From the NCBI GenBank assembly GCA_031270785.1, contig JAISWM010000113.1:1-46817 (forward strand): DNA of 46,817 nt, read 5' to 3'. The position numbers were made by a program, and so were the translations under genes. The DNA is from Oscillospiraceae bacterium. Its GTDB lineage: Bacteria > Bacillota > Clostridia > Oscillospirales > Acutalibacteraceae. The notes under the pieces are model-generated. The model was not told the origin of the DNA and made no database searches. It saw nothing but the letters and a program-made list of their open reading frames with translations. This document shows, piece after piece, positions 1-9,065 of this stretch; the stretch's first letter is position 1; each line of letters starts with the position of its first letter.

Positions 1-117
1 TATAGCTGTTTCGTTTGAAAAGCGTTTGATTTTTATGACTTTCTCCCAGCCGACGGCTGGGAGAAGGTACATGAATAAATTTACTTTTGAGGACTGTTTT
101 AAATCGTAACAGCTATA
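1..117 (+). mobile_element. MITE family A copy (117 bp)
   Basis: Inverted termini TATAGCTGTTTCG...CGTAACAGCTATA and central hairpin CTCCCAGCCGACGGCTGGGAG. One of 10 near-identical copies in the window. Confidence 0.9.
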
Positions 118-188
118 GTTGATAATATCTTCCCCCACCCGAGGCGGGGGGGAACAAGAAGGGGTTTCAATTATTTTGAAACATGACC
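118..188 (+). mobile_element. MITE family B copy, left end missing (abuts family A copy)
   Basis: TTGATAATATCTTCCCCC-hairpin-GGGGTTTCAATTATTTTGAAACATGACC matches the B consensus. Confidence 0.8.
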
Positions 189-215
189 AAATAAATTGAG
201 GAGTATTTTTTAAAA

Positions 216-629
216 ATGGATGTAATAGAACTTGCAAAACAACTGGGGAAACAGCTTCAGGAAGAAGAAATTTATATAAATTTTAGAGTGCAGCAACAAA
301 ATCTTGAAACCGATAAGGAGCTTCAAAGTAAAATTAATGAATTTAATAATCAAAAAATTAAACTTAATCAAGAAATGTCTAAAGAAGATTTTGACCAGGA
401 ACTAATTAATAATCTAAATGACGATTTGAGAAATCAATATGAAGGCCTTGTGCAGAATGAAAAAATGATTAAATTTAATGAAGACAAACAAAATTTTGAT
501 GGTTTAATTCATAAGATCAACAGTATTATAAATAGAGCGGCGAACGGAGAAGACCCGTTTTTAGAAAATTTTGAAGAAGAAAAGGGCTGCGGCGGCAGCT
601 GCGCCGGCTGCTCGGGTTGCTATAATTAG
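216..629 (+). CDS. YlbF/YmcA-family protein with C-terminal Cys-rich tail
   Basis: 137-aa ORF with a helical Q/E/K/N-rich body and C-terminal GCGGSCAGCSGC, as in clostridial YlbF/YmcA-type proteins. GAGGAG lies ~12 nt upstream of the ATG. Confidence 0.6.
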   Translation: MDVIELAKQLGKQLQEEEIYINFRVQQQNLETDKELQSKINEFNNQKIKLNQEMSKEDFDQELINNLNDDLRNQYEGLVQNEKMIKFNEDKQNFDGLIHKINSIINRAANGEDPFLENFEEEKGCGGSCAGCSGCYN

Positions 630-632
630 TTA

Positions 633-710
633 CCATCGAAAAGTATCTAATTTTTTACTACTTTTTCCCCGCTGTAAGCGGGGAAAGCGCAAAAATAAAA
701 TTTATATATA
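633..710 (-). repeat. Diverged family E-like hairpin element
   Basis: GAAAAGTATCTAATTTTTTACTAC-TTTTCCCCGCTGTAAGCGGGGAAAG-CGCAAAAATAAAATTTATA aligns to the reverse complement of the 105-bp E unit. Confidence 0.5.
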
Positions 711-747
711 AAGTTTTGGTTATTCCCGCTGTGTGGGGGAAAGCGCA

Positions 748-827
748 AAAATTAATTGATAATATTTTTTCCCCCCGCCGATTCGCGGGGGTGAAAGAAA
801 GAATTTCAACTATTTTGAGACACGGCC
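748..827 (+). mobile_element. MITE family B copy (left terminus truncated)
   Basis: AAATTAATTGATAATATTTTTTCCCCCCGCCGATTCGCGGGGGTGAAAGAAAGAATTTCAACTATTTTGAGACACGGCC. Confidence 0.8.
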
Positions 828-905
828 CACGAGCTTGCGGAAAAAGCGCAGAAATAAAATTCATAATTAAGATTTGATGTGTATAGTTAAAAGTGGAGGT
901 AAGTT

Positions 906-3509
906 ATGGCTGAAGCGTCTCCTATGATGAGCCAATATTTAAATATTAAGGAAAAATATCAAGATAGTATCTTGTTCTTCAGACTTGGTGATTTTTATGA
1001 AATGTTCTTTGACGATGCTAAATTAGTGTCTGAAGAACTTGACCTGACTTTAACCGGTAAAGATTATGGCCAAAAAGAAAGGGCGCCTATGTGCGGTATT
1101 CCTTATCATAGTTGTGAGGCATATATTGCAAGGCTTATTGCAAAAGGATATAAAGTTGCAATATGCGACCAAGTTGAAAATCCCGCTCAAACCAAAGGGC
1201 TTGTCAGAAGGGATGTAGTTAGAGTTATCACTCCGGGTACTGTTGTGGAGGACAGTATGCTTGAAGAAGGCAGAAATAATTTTATATGCTGCGTATATAG
1301 TTTGGAAGAATCCGCCGGCATTTGTTTTTGCGACGTATCCACGGGTGAACTTAAAACTACTAGGCTTAGCGGCGATGATGTGCTTATAAAACTTAAAAAT
1401 GAACTTGGCAGGTTTTGCCCCCGAGAAATTATTTTTGGCGGAAACAGTTCGTATTTTGGTCCTATCAAAAAATTTTCTATTGACAGGCTCGGTGTCAAAG
1501 CAGAAGAATTTGAAAAACAAAAATTTGATATTGATACATGCAAAAAATATATTTTAAAATATTTAGATAAAAACAGTATTAAAGGTTTTGAAATTAACGA
1601 TTACATCGAGGTTGTAAAAGCTGTTGGCGCGCTTATTTCGTATATTGAATATACTCAAAAAAAAGGCGTTGAAAGACTGCACAATATTGAGTTTTACAGC
1701 CAAAACCAATATATGGGATTAGGCCTTAATACAATGAGAAATCTTGAAATAGTAGAAACCATGAGAAATAAAGAAAAAAGAGGTTCTCTCCTTTGGGTTC
1801 TTGACAAAACTAAAACCGCTATGGGCAAGCGTTTGCTAAGGAGTTGGCTTGAAAGGCCGCTTGTCAGGTACGAAGAAATATTAAAAAGGCAAGAAGGAGT
1901 AGAAGAGCTTTTTTCTGATATTATTTTTAGAGAATCTTTATCGGAAGTTATGGCAAAGGTTAGAGATATCGGCAGATTGATGACAAGAATTATGTATGGT
2001 TTCGCCGCGGGCAGAGAGTTTAAGGCCCTTTCTAGCACTATATCTAATTTGCCGAAAATTAAAAAAGCTTTATCTAAAGCGGAATCTACTATTCTTAAAG
2101 ACATTTACGGGAATATTGATGAACTTCAAGACGTATTCCAAATTATTGAAGAATCCATCACAGAAAATCCTCCCGCTACTTTTAAAGAGGGCGGCATCAT
2201 AAAGGATGGTTACAGCGAGGAGGTTGACAGCTTTCGCAAAAACATGAACGGCGGCAAAGATATAATATTAAATGTTGAACGCGAAGAACGCAAAAAAACA
2301 GGTATCCCCAAACTTAAAGTAGGGTACAATAAAGTTTTCGGGTACTACATAGAAGTAACTAATTCATATAAGCATCTTGCGCCTGAATATTACATAAGAA
2401 AGCAAACTTTAGCAAACTGCGAACGATATATTACAAAAGAACTTAAAGATTTGGAAATACGTATTCTTGGAGCTAAAGATAAACTTAAAGAAATAGAATA
2501 TTCTATTTTTGAAGAAATAAGGCTTAAAGTTGCGGGGCAAATTAAACGTATTGAAAGAACTTCCGCTATGTTGGCTGTTCTTGACGTGCTTTTGTCTTTG
2601 GCTACGGTTGCCGCCAAAAATAATTATATTAAACCTATAATAAGCCGCGAAAAAAATATCATAATCAAAGAAAGCAGGCACCCTGTCGTTGAAGTATTAT
2701 TAGATGGCGCTCCTTTCGTGCCCAATAATGCCGCGCTTGATAACAGTGATCATACTGTCGCTGTTATTACAGGGCCTAATATGGCCGGTAAATCTACGTA
2801 TATGAGGCAAATTGCTTTAATTGTTCTTATGGCTCAAATAGGCAGTTTCGTCCCGGCGGGGCAAGCTGAAATCGGAATAGTCGATAATATTTTTACCCGT
2901 ATTGGCGCTTCGGACGATTTAACTTCCGGCCAATCTACTTTTATGGTAGAAATGAATGAAGTAGCCCACATTGTAAACAACGCCACGAAAGACAGTTTAC
3001 TGATTTTTGACGAAATCGGGCGCGGAACCTCCACTTTTGACGGTATGAGTATTGCAAGAGCCGTACTTGAATACGTGGCTGATAAAAATAAGCTTGGGGC
3101 TAAAACTCTTTTTGCTACCCATTACCATGAATTAACTTCCATGAGTGAATTTTTCCCCAATGTAAAAAATTATAATGTCGCCGTTAAAAAAAACGGTGAT
3201 GATATTATATTTTTAAGAAGAATTGTGCCAGGCGGCACAGATGATAGTTATGGCATAGAAGTTGCCAAACTTTCCGGCATTCCGGATTGGATTATTAATA
3301 GGGCTAAAAAAATTTTAAATGATATAGAAAAAAACAAAACCGATGATATACAGCATGTTCATAGTGAAAATATTAATGCAGTTCCTTCTGATTTTAGTGA
3401 TGAAATTACCCGCGTTGCTAATAAACTTAAAAATTTAGACGTTAGCGTTCTTACGCCGATAGAGTCTATGAATATACTGTTTGATTTAGTTAAATTAGTT
3501 AACAATTAG
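906..3509 (+). CDS. mutS: DNA mismatch repair protein MutS
   Basis: 867 aa. N-terminal SPMMSQYLNIKEKY, Walker A GPNMAGKSTYMRQ, STFMVEM and LIFDEIGRGTSTFDG motifs. GGAGG lies 6 nt upstream of the ATG. Confidence 0.97.
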   Translation: MAEASPMMSQYLNIKEKYQDSILFFRLGDFYEMFFDDAKLVSEELDLTLTGKDYGQKERAPMCGIPYHSCEAYIARLIAKGYKVAICDQVENPAQTKGLVRRDVVRVITPGTVVEDSMLEEGRNNFICCVYSLEESAGICFCDVSTGELKTTRLSGDDVLIKLKNELGRFCPREIIFGGNSSYFGPIKKFSIDRLGVKAEEFEKQKFDIDTCKKYILKYLDKNSIKGFEINDYIEVVKAVGALISYIEYTQKKGVERLHNIEFYSQNQYMGLGLNTMRNLEIVETMRNKEKRGSLLWVLDKTKTAMGKRLLRSWLERPLVRYEEILKRQEGVEELFSDIIFRESLSEVMAKVRDIGRLMTRIMYGFAAGREFKALSSTISNLPKIKKALSKAESTILKDIYGNIDELQDVFQIIEESITENPPATFKEGGIIKDGYSEEVDSFRKNMNGGKDIILNVEREERKKTGIPKLKVGYNKVFGYYIEVTNSYKHLAPEYYIRKQTLANCERYITKELKDLEIRILGAKDKLKEIEYSIFEEIRLKVAGQIKRIERTSAMLAVLDVLLSLATVAAKNNYIKPIISREKNIIIKESRHPVVEVLLDGAPFVPNNAALDNSDHTVAVITGPNMAGKSTYMRQIALIVLMAQIGSFVPAGQAEIGIVDNIFTRIGASDDLTSGQSTFMVEMNEVAHIVNNATKDSLLIFDEIGRGTSTFDGMSIARAVLEYVADKNKLGAKTLFATHYHELTSMSEFFPNVKNYNVAVKKNGDDIIFLRRIVPGGTDDSYGIEVAKLSGIPDWIINRAKKILNDIEKNKTDDIQHVHSENINAVPSDFSDEITRVANKLKNLDVSVLTPIESMNILFDLVKLVNN

Positions 3510-3534
3510 GTTGTGGATCAAATTAATTGATAAT

Positions 3535-3773
3535 AGACCTGTCCGTAAATCTCACAGAGCGCAAACTATCGAAAAATGCGTCACTTAAAAAATGGCTTTG
3601 CATCAAAATTTCCCGGGAAGTATCTTCATATGCCGTCGTCGATTTGGTAGTGGTCCAAATTAATTGATAATATCTTCCCCCCCCGCCATAGGCGGGGGGA
3701 AAAAGAAAAAATTTCAACTATTTTGGGACATGACCCAGATTTTAATTGCAATCTGTAAAATTTACGGACAGGT
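3535..3773 (+). mobile_element. MITE family C copy interrupted by a family B copy
   Basis: Termini AGACCTGTCCGTAAAT...ATTTACGGACAGGT. The C body is 3535-3645 plus 3737-3773. Confidence 0.8.
3646..3735 (+). mobile_element. MITE family B copy nested inside C
   Basis: GGTAGTGGTCCAAATTAATTGATAATATC...CAACTATTTTGGGACATGACC. Confidence 0.85.
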
Positions 3774-3856
3774 ATAATATCTTCCCCCCGCCATAGGCGG
3801 GGGGAAAGAAGGGATTTCAACTATTTTGAGACATGACCCAGATTTTAATTTAGAAA

Positions 3857-3973
3857 TATAGCTGTTTCGTTTGAAAAGTGTCTGATTTTTATAATTTTCT
3901 CCCGGCCGACGGCGGGGAGAAAGTACACGGATAAATTTACTTTTGAGAACTGTTTTAAATCGTAACAGCTATA
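3857..3973 (+). mobile_element. MITE family A copy
   Basis: TATAGCTGTTTCG...CGTAACAGCTATA, 117 bp. Confidence 0.9.
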
Positions 3974-3985
3974 GTTTAAACTTCT

Positions 3986-4026
3986 GCGGGGGAAAAAACA
4001 ACAATGCCACTGTTTCAAAAGGTTTG
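3986..4026 (+). repeat. Family D right-arm fragment
   Basis: GCGGGGGAAAAAACAACAATGCCACTGTTTCAAAAGGTTT matches the D right arm GGGGAAACAAAAATGTCACTGTTTCAAAAGGTTTTT. Confidence 0.55.
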
Positions 4027-4117
4027 GTGGATGGTGCCAATTAGTTGATAATATCTTCCCCCCCGCCATAGGCGGGGGGGAGAAAGAAGGGATTTCAACT
4101 ATTTTGGGACATGCCCC
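4026..4117 (+). mobile_element. MITE family B copy
   Basis: GGTGGATGGTGCCAATTAGTTGATAATATCTTCCCCCCCGCCATAGGCGGGGGGG...CAACTATTTTGGGACATGCCCC. The left boundary is uncertain by ~8 nt. Confidence 0.75.
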
Positions 4118-4156
4118 AGATTTTAATTGCAATCTGTAAAATTTACGGACAGGTCT
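4118..4156 (+). repeat. Family C right-end fragment
   Basis: AGATTTTAATTGCAATCTGTAAAATTTACGGACAGGTCT. Confidence 0.8.
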
Positions 4157-4219
4157 AATATCTCCCCCCCCACCATAGGCGGGGGGGAAGAAGGGATTTC
4201 AACTATTTTGGGACATGGC
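4157..4219 (+). mobile_element. MITE family B, right two-thirds
   Basis: AATATCTCCCCCCCCACCATAGGCGGGGGGGAAGAAGGGATTTCAACTATTTTGGGACATGGC. Confidence 0.75.
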
Positions 4220-4245
4220 AAACAATTAAGTTGGAGCTTAAATTT

Positions 4246-6081
4246 ATGAATAGAATTAATATCCTTGATAAACATGTTTCAGAGCTTATTGCTGCGGGGG
4301 AAGTGGTAGATCGTCCCGCTTCCGTCGTTAAAGAGCTTTTGGAAAATTCTATAGATGCCCTTGCAAATAAAATATCTATAGAAATAAAAAGAGGCGGCAT
4401 TAAGTATATAAAAATATCTGATAACGGCACCGGAATATATAGCGCTGACATAAAAAAAGCGTTTTTAAGGCATGCCACCAGTAAAGTTAAAGGTGAGCAG
4501 GATTTAGACTCCATCAAAACTTTAGGATTTAGAGGCGAAGCTTTGTCTTCTATTAGCAGCGTATCTAAATTAGAACTTATTACCAAACACCTTGATGAAG
4601 ATACAGGCACTAAATACATTATTATCGGCGGGGAAGAAAAAAGTCTTGAAGAATGCGGCTGCCCTCAAGGAACTACTTTTATTGTAAGGGATATTTTTTT
4701 TAATACTCCCGCAAGAATGAAATTTTTAAAAACGGATGTATCTGAAGGCAACACCATATGTGCTTTGATTGATAATATAGCTGTTTCGCATCCTAAAGTG
4801 TCATTTAAGTTGGTTCGTGACGGCAAAGAAATTTTAAATACGCCGGGGGACGGTAAAATTTCCTCTTGTATATATTCGGTTTTGGGGAAAAATTTTTTTG
4901 AAGAGTTGATTCCTATTGAATATAAACTGGATAACGTGCAAATTTTCGGATATATCAGTAAGCCGTCTTGTTCAAGGCCCGGCAGAAATATGCAGCATTT
5001 TTTTGTTAATTCCAGGTACGTTAAAACCAAAACAGCCGCTTTTGCGCTGGAAGAAGGCTTTAAAGGATGCATAACGGTTGGTAAACACCCTTCATGTGTT
5101 ATTTATATTAATGTCCCTTATAATTTTGTTGATGTTAATGTTCACCCTTCTAAAACAGAAGTTAGATTTGCAAACGAAAGATATATTTTTGACGCCGTAT
5201 ATTATGGCGTGAAATCATCGATTACAAAAAATGATCGTCAAAGCATAAATTTTTCCGGCAATAGCAAAAACATTGAATATGAAAAAGGCTCCTCAAAAAT
5301 TGAACATAAAATTATAGCCGAAAATAAAGTAAAACCTGAGTTTATAGGAACTGATTTCAGTGGTTTAAACCGCAAATTATATGAAAAAGAGCCAAGTTAT
5401 AATACCTCTAAAATTAAAGAAACAAAACCTACCAATTACATACCCGTTTCTGGGCAAGAACCTATTAAAAATATTCTTCGTGAAGAACCGAATTTATTTA
5501 ATAAAATACCAAAATTAAAAATATTAGGCGAAATATTTAAATGTTATATCGTAGTTCAAAACAATTACGATAATATTATATTAATCGATAAACACGCCGC
5601 TCATGAAAGAATTATATTTGAAAAATTAAAGTCTTCCGGGAGCGGCAAATGTGAATCTCAAATATTGCTAGATCCTATTATTATAAATTTGAACAAAATA
5701 GAATATTCAGGTATTATTGAAAATTTAGAGATTTTTAAAAATTCGGGATATGACTTAGAAGATTTTGGAGTGGGTAACATCTTGGTAAGAAGTATACCAA
5801 TGTATACAGATGTTTCGGAAACTCAAAATTTTGTTGTTGAAATCTCAAATTACGTTTTAAAAAACAAAAAAGATTTAAATACTTCTTATTTAGATTGGCT
5901 TTATCATAACATTGCTTGCAGGTCGGCTATAAAAGGCGGAAATATCAGCAGTAATGAAGAAATTTCAGATTTAGTAGGTAAACTTATAAATAATCCGAAT
6001 ATAAGATATTGCCCGCACGGCAGACCAATATATTTTTCCTTAAGTAAAAAAGATATAGATAAAAAATTCAGCAGGACGTGA
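4246..6081 (+). CDS. mutL: DNA mismatch repair protein MutL
   Basis: GHKL ATPase motifs LIAAGEVVDRPASVVKELLENSIDA and DNGTGI. The ATG at 4246 with GGAG 9 nt upstream is preferred over the TTG at 4231 that opens the tracked ORF. Confidence 0.95.
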   Translation: MNRINILDKHVSELIAAGEVVDRPASVVKELLENSIDALANKISIEIKRGGIKYIKISDNGTGIYSADIKKAFLRHATSKVKGEQDLDSIKTLGFRGEALSSISSVSKLELITKHLDEDTGTKYIIIGGEEKSLEECGCPQGTTFIVRDIFFNTPARMKFLKTDVSEGNTICALIDNIAVSHPKVSFKLVRDGKEILNTPGDGKISSCIYSVLGKNFFEELIPIEYKLDNVQIFGYISKPSCSRPGRNMQHFFVNSRYVKTKTAAFALEEGFKGCITVGKHPSCVIYINVPYNFVDVNVHPSKTEVRFANERYIFDAVYYGVKSSITKNDRQSINFSGNSKNIEYEKGSSKIEHKIIAENKVKPEFIGTDFSGLNRKLYEKEPSYNTSKIKETKPTNYIPVSGQEPIKNILREEPNLFNKIPKLKILGEIFKCYIVVQNNYDNIILIDKHAAHERIIFEKLKSSGSGKCESQILLDPIIINLNKIEYSGIIENLEIFKNSGYDLEDFGVGNILVRSIPMYTDVSETQNFVVEISNYVLKNKKDLNTSYLDWLYHNIACRSAIKGGNISSNEEISDLVGKLINNPNIRYCPHGRPIYFSLSKKDIDKKFSRT

Positions 6082-6085
6082 TTTT

Positions 6086-7042
6086 TTGAAATCAGATAAA
6101 ATACCTGTTATTTGTGTAGTAGGGCCTACTGCTTCCGGCAAGACGGACTTAGCCGTAAATATTGCAAAAAAAATGAGCGGCGAAATAATTTCGGCTGATT
6201 CTATGCAGATATATAAGGAATTTAATATATCAACCGCTAAACCGACTTTAAAACAGATGTGTGGCATCAAACATCATTGCATTGATATTGTTTCTGTTAA
6301 AGAAAATTTTAGTGTGGCAAAATATGTTAGTTTTGCCGAAAAAATTATAAAAGATATTTTTTCAATAGGTAAAATACCGATACTTTGCGGCGGAACCGGA
6401 TTATATATTGATTCTCTTATAAAAAATATACCTTTCGAGAAAGGGAAAACAAATATTTCGATAAGAAATAGAATTATTAATTATATAAATGTGAATAATG
6501 CGGGATATTTTTTTGATAAACTAAAAAAAATTGACCCTAGTAGCGCAAAAAAAATAAATATTCACGACCATAAAAGGATTTGCAGAGCTATAGAATTTTA
6601 TTATACAAATGGCTATCCGATATATAGGCAAGTTGAAAACTCTTTAAAATCCAAATCGTGCTATAATGTGTGCAAAATAGGGCTTAATTTTAAAGACCGC
6701 AATATACTTTATGATAGAATAAATAAGAGAGTGGATTTCATGGTTAAAAATGGTATTTTAGATGAAATTGCTTCGATTAAAGATATAGGGGATACAGCTA
6801 AATTTTCTATAGGATATAAAGAGCTATTGCCTTTTATTAACGCCGAAAGCTCTTTAAAAGAGTGCACAGAAAGACTTAAAATGGAAACCAGGAGATACGC
6901 TAAACGCCAAATCACTTGGTTTAAAAGAGACCTTAGCACTAAGTGGTTTAACGCGGATGAATATGAAAATGTTTCTAACCTGTTTTGCAATGTTCAAAAG
7001 TGCATTTTAGATAGTGGAATTTTAGGTCATGTCTCAAAATAG
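6086..7042 (+). CDS. miaA: tRNA dimethylallyltransferase MiaA
   Basis: P-loop VVGPTASGKT and GGTGLY motif, with a TTG start. The last six codons including the stop (GGTCATGTCTCAAAATAG) are the terminus of a family B element. Confidence 0.9.
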   Translation: MKSDKIPVICVVGPTASGKTDLAVNIAKKMSGEIISADSMQIYKEFNISTAKPTLKQMCGIKHHCIDIVSVKENFSVAKYVSFAEKIIKDIFSIGKIPILCGGTGLYIDSLIKNIPFEKGKTNISIRNRIINYINVNNAGYFFDKLKKIDPSSAKKINIHDHKRICRAIEFYYTNGYPIYRQVENSLKSKSCYNVCKIGLNFKDRNILYDRINKRVDFMVKNGILDEIASIKDIGDTAKFSIGYKELLPFINAESSLKECTERLKMETRRYAKRQITWFKRDLSTKWFNADEYENVSNLFCNVQKCILDSGILGHVSK

Positions 7043-7095
7043 TTGAAATCCCTTCTTTCACCCCCGCTGCAGGCTGGGAAAAGATATTACAAACC
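7025..7095 (-). mobile_element. MITE family B copy (truncated at the C junction), overlapping the miaA 3-prime end
   Basis: GGTCATGTCTCAAAATAGTTGAAATCCCTTCTTTCACCCCCGCTGCAGGCTGGGAAAAGATATTAC. Confidence 0.8.
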
Positions 7096-7339
7096 AGACC
7101 TGTCCGTAAATCTCACAGATCGCAAACTATCGAAAAAATGCATCACTTAAAAAATGGCTTTGCATCAAAATCTCCCGGGAAGTATCTTCATACGCCGTCG
7201 TCGATTTGGTAGTAGTCCAAATTAATTGATAAAATATCTTTCACCCCCGACTATGGCGGGGGTGAAAGAAGGGATTTCAACTATTTTATGGCGCGACCGT
7301 CGATTTTGATTGCAATCTGTAAAATTTACGAACAGGTCT
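7096..7339 (+). mobile_element. MITE family C copy carrying a nested B
   Basis: AGACCTGTCCGTAAATCTCACAG...TTTACGAACAGGTCT. The body is interrupted at 7208-7298. Confidence 0.85.
7208..7298 (+). mobile_element. MITE family B copy nested in C, with target-site duplication
   Basis: GGTAGTAGTCCAAATT...TTTTATGGCGCGACC, flanked by GTCGATTT at 7200-7207 and 7299-7306. The intact C copy at 33605 has a single GTCGATTT. Confidence 0.9.
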
Positions 7340-7341
7340 AC

Positions 7342-7457
7342 TATAGCTGTTTCGTTTGAGAAGCGTCTGATTTTTATGACTTTCTCCCAGCCGACGGCTG
7401 GGAGAAAGTACACGGATAAATTTACTTTTGAGGACTGTTTTAAATCATAACAGCATA
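7342..7457 (+). mobile_element. MITE family A copy (right terminus degenerate)
   Basis: TATAGCTGTTTCGTTTGAGAAGCG...AAATCATAACAGCATA. Confidence 0.85.
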
Positions 7458-7499
7458 ATTTAACCCGCAACCTAAATCGCTACATAAGGAATAGATTTT

Positions 7500-8732
7500 A
7501 TGAAACGTTCTTCAATTAAAAAAACTTTTTTATGGGTAATATTTATTTTGATATTTTTTTATTCTTTACATATTATTTATAAAAAAATTTATATAAACGT
7601 ATCTACTGAAACAATAACGCAAGTAACTATAGATGACGTTGTTGATTGTAAGTCTATAATTATTAGAAATGAAGATATAATATCAAGCGAAAATCAAATT
7701 TTTTTAAAATACTTTGTAGATAACGGCGAAAGGATATCAAAGGGGGATATTGTCGCTAAATGTTTTGATAGCCAAGAAGAAGCGATGTATAGCGCGGAAC
7801 TCAGCGATATAAAGAATGAACTTGAAACTATTCAAAAAGTCAGCTTAAATGATAATTTCGGCAGAGATTTAAGTTCTATAAGTAAAGACATAAATAACGA
7901 AATTAGAAATATTTTTTTAAAATGCGAGTACCTTGACATATATAAAAACAGAAAAAAAATAACAAACCTCTTGAATGAAAGGCAAAACGCGCTGGGAAAC
8001 GGAAATATATTTTCTAAGAGAGTGGAATATTTAAAATCCAGAAAATCAGAACTTGAAAAAATGATAAATTCTCAAACCCCAAATATATATTCTCCGTATG
8101 CGGGTTATTTTGTAAGCAAAACAGACGGATATGAAAAAACCGTAAATTATGAAGACATTAAAAAATTTGATTATAATGATATGATTTATGAAAATATTAT
8201 AAAAAATAAAGCGGATGAAAAAAACGCTATAGGTAAAATAATAAAATCTACCAAGTGGTATGTGCTTTGCTATGTTTCTGCCGGTGAAATATGTAATATA
8301 CAAGAAGGTATGGAGGTTAGCGCAAAATTTGCGTGCGAAAACGATTACATACCGGCTAAAGTTGAAAGAATAGTTAAAAATGAAGATGAAAATGATAGTT
8401 TAGTCATACTTTCCTGCGAATATATGAATAATAGATTATGTTTTACACGGCTTGAAAATATTTCCGTTAAAAAAACGTCTTATTCCGGTTTTAAAATTCC
8501 TAAAGAAGCTTTGCGATTTTACGAAGACAGTGGAGCCGCATATAAAGGAATATACGTAAAAAATGGTGCTAACTTGATCTTTAAAAAGATAAATATTTTA
8601 TATTCCGAGAATAATTTTATTGTAGCTGAAACTTTTAAAAATAGCGGCGGTAACGATGAAAAACCTTTAGCAAATGGCGATCTGGTGGTAGTTAACGGCA
8701 AAAATCTCTATGATGGGAAATGTGTGTTATAG
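7500..8732 (+). CDS. HlyD-like / membrane-fusion-like protein (N-terminal TM anchor, coiled coil)
   Basis: 410 aa. It has an N-terminal hydrophobic helix, a lipoyl-like segment GERISKGDIVAKCFD, a central coiled-coil-like region and a C-terminal beta-rich part. Family assignment is by pattern only. Confidence 0.45.
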   Translation: MKRSSIKKTFLWVIFILIFFYSLHIIYKKIYINVSTETITQVTIDDVVDCKSIIIRNEDIISSENQIFLKYFVDNGERISKGDIVAKCFDSQEEAMYSAELSDIKNELETIQKVSLNDNFGRDLSSISKDINNEIRNIFLKCEYLDIYKNRKKITNLLNERQNALGNGNIFSKRVEYLKSRKSELEKMINSQTPNIYSPYAGYFVSKTDGYEKTVNYEDIKKFDYNDMIYENIIKNKADEKNAIGKIIKSTKWYVLCYVSAGEICNIQEGMEVSAKFACENDYIPAKVERIVKNEDENDSLVILSCEYMNNRLCFTRLENISVKKTSYSGFKIPKEALRFYEDSGAAYKGIYVKNGANLIFKKINILYSENNFIVAETFKNSGGNDEKPLANGDLVVVNGKNLYDGKCVL

Positions 8733-8753
8733 CAAGAATTATTCAAAAATATC

Positions 8754-8840
8754 GGCTGTAGCCAAAATTAGTTGATAATATCTTTTTTCCTTGCCGATTT
8801 GCAGTGGGCGAAGAAGTTTTCCTCATTTTGAGACATAGCC
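8754..8840 (+). mobile_element. MITE family B copy (degenerate hairpin) with 8-bp TSD
   Basis: GGCTGTAGCCAAAATTAGTTGATAAT...TTTTGAGACATAGCC, flanked by AAAATATC at 8746-8753 and 8841-8848. Confidence 0.85.
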
Positions 8841-8889
8841 AAAATATCCTTGGAAAATTATGCTAACTCCAATTATAAATATCAGTTTG

Positions 8890-9065
8890 TATAGCAAAGA
8901 CCATTTAAAAACGTGTTATTATTTACATTCCACCCCCGCCACAGGCGGGGGGGAAGCTACATACAAAGCCATTTAAAATGTGGCATTATTTACATGTTTT
9001 TTCTCCCGCCGAAAGCCAGGGAGAAAAAACAAAAATGTCACTGTTTTGAAAAGGTTTTTACTATA
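8890..9065 (+). mobile_element. Family D element, dimeric (two hairpin modules)
   Basis: TATAGCAAAGACCATTTAAAAACGTGTTATTATTTACAT, then hairpin 1, a second left arm, hairpin 2, and AACAAAAATGTCACTGTTTTGAAAAGGTTTTTACTATA. Termini are inverted (TATAGCAAAxACC / GGTTTTTACTATA). Confidence 0.7.

Larger units (their letters stand above)
3509..3838 (+). mobile_element. Nested composite: family B split by family C, which itself carries a nested B
   Basis: B left end is 3509-3534 (GGTTGTGGATCAAATTAATTGATAAT) and B remainder is 3774-3838. C occupies 3535-3773. The first G of B is the last base of the mutS TAG stop. Confidence 0.8.

Noticed and set aside
3579-3592. CGTCACTTAAAAAA inside family C resembles the IS1 insA/insB frameshift window as I remember it. 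One frame also reads RHLKN, as at the InsA C-terminus.
   Set aside because: The match is short and A-rich in an AT-rich genome, and a similar CACTTAAAAAAA string occurs in family E. C has its own unrelated termini. The link is too weak to claim that C is an IS1 remnant, though it is worth a BLASTX check.
3680-3710. The G/C hairpin cores of the repeat families considered as Rho-independent terminators.
   Set aside because: The stems are followed by A/G-rich sequence (AAAAGAAGGG) on one strand and its equivalent on the other. Neither strand has a U-tract. True terminators in the window (30721-30758, 43232-43259) look different.
3523-4132. Tracked ORFs of 60-140 aa running through repeat DNA: 658-864, 3523-3717, 3626-3820, 3845-4132, 7222-7470, 8913-9098, 14705-15115, 26354-26566, 34568-34802, 41033-41344, 45846-46319.
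   Set aside because: Their recurring peptide strings (PPAxGGG, ILSINL, CYDLKQ.SKVNLSVYFLPAVG) are just translations of the repeated hairpins and arms in different frames and orientations. None has a ribosome-binding site or a coding-like composition.
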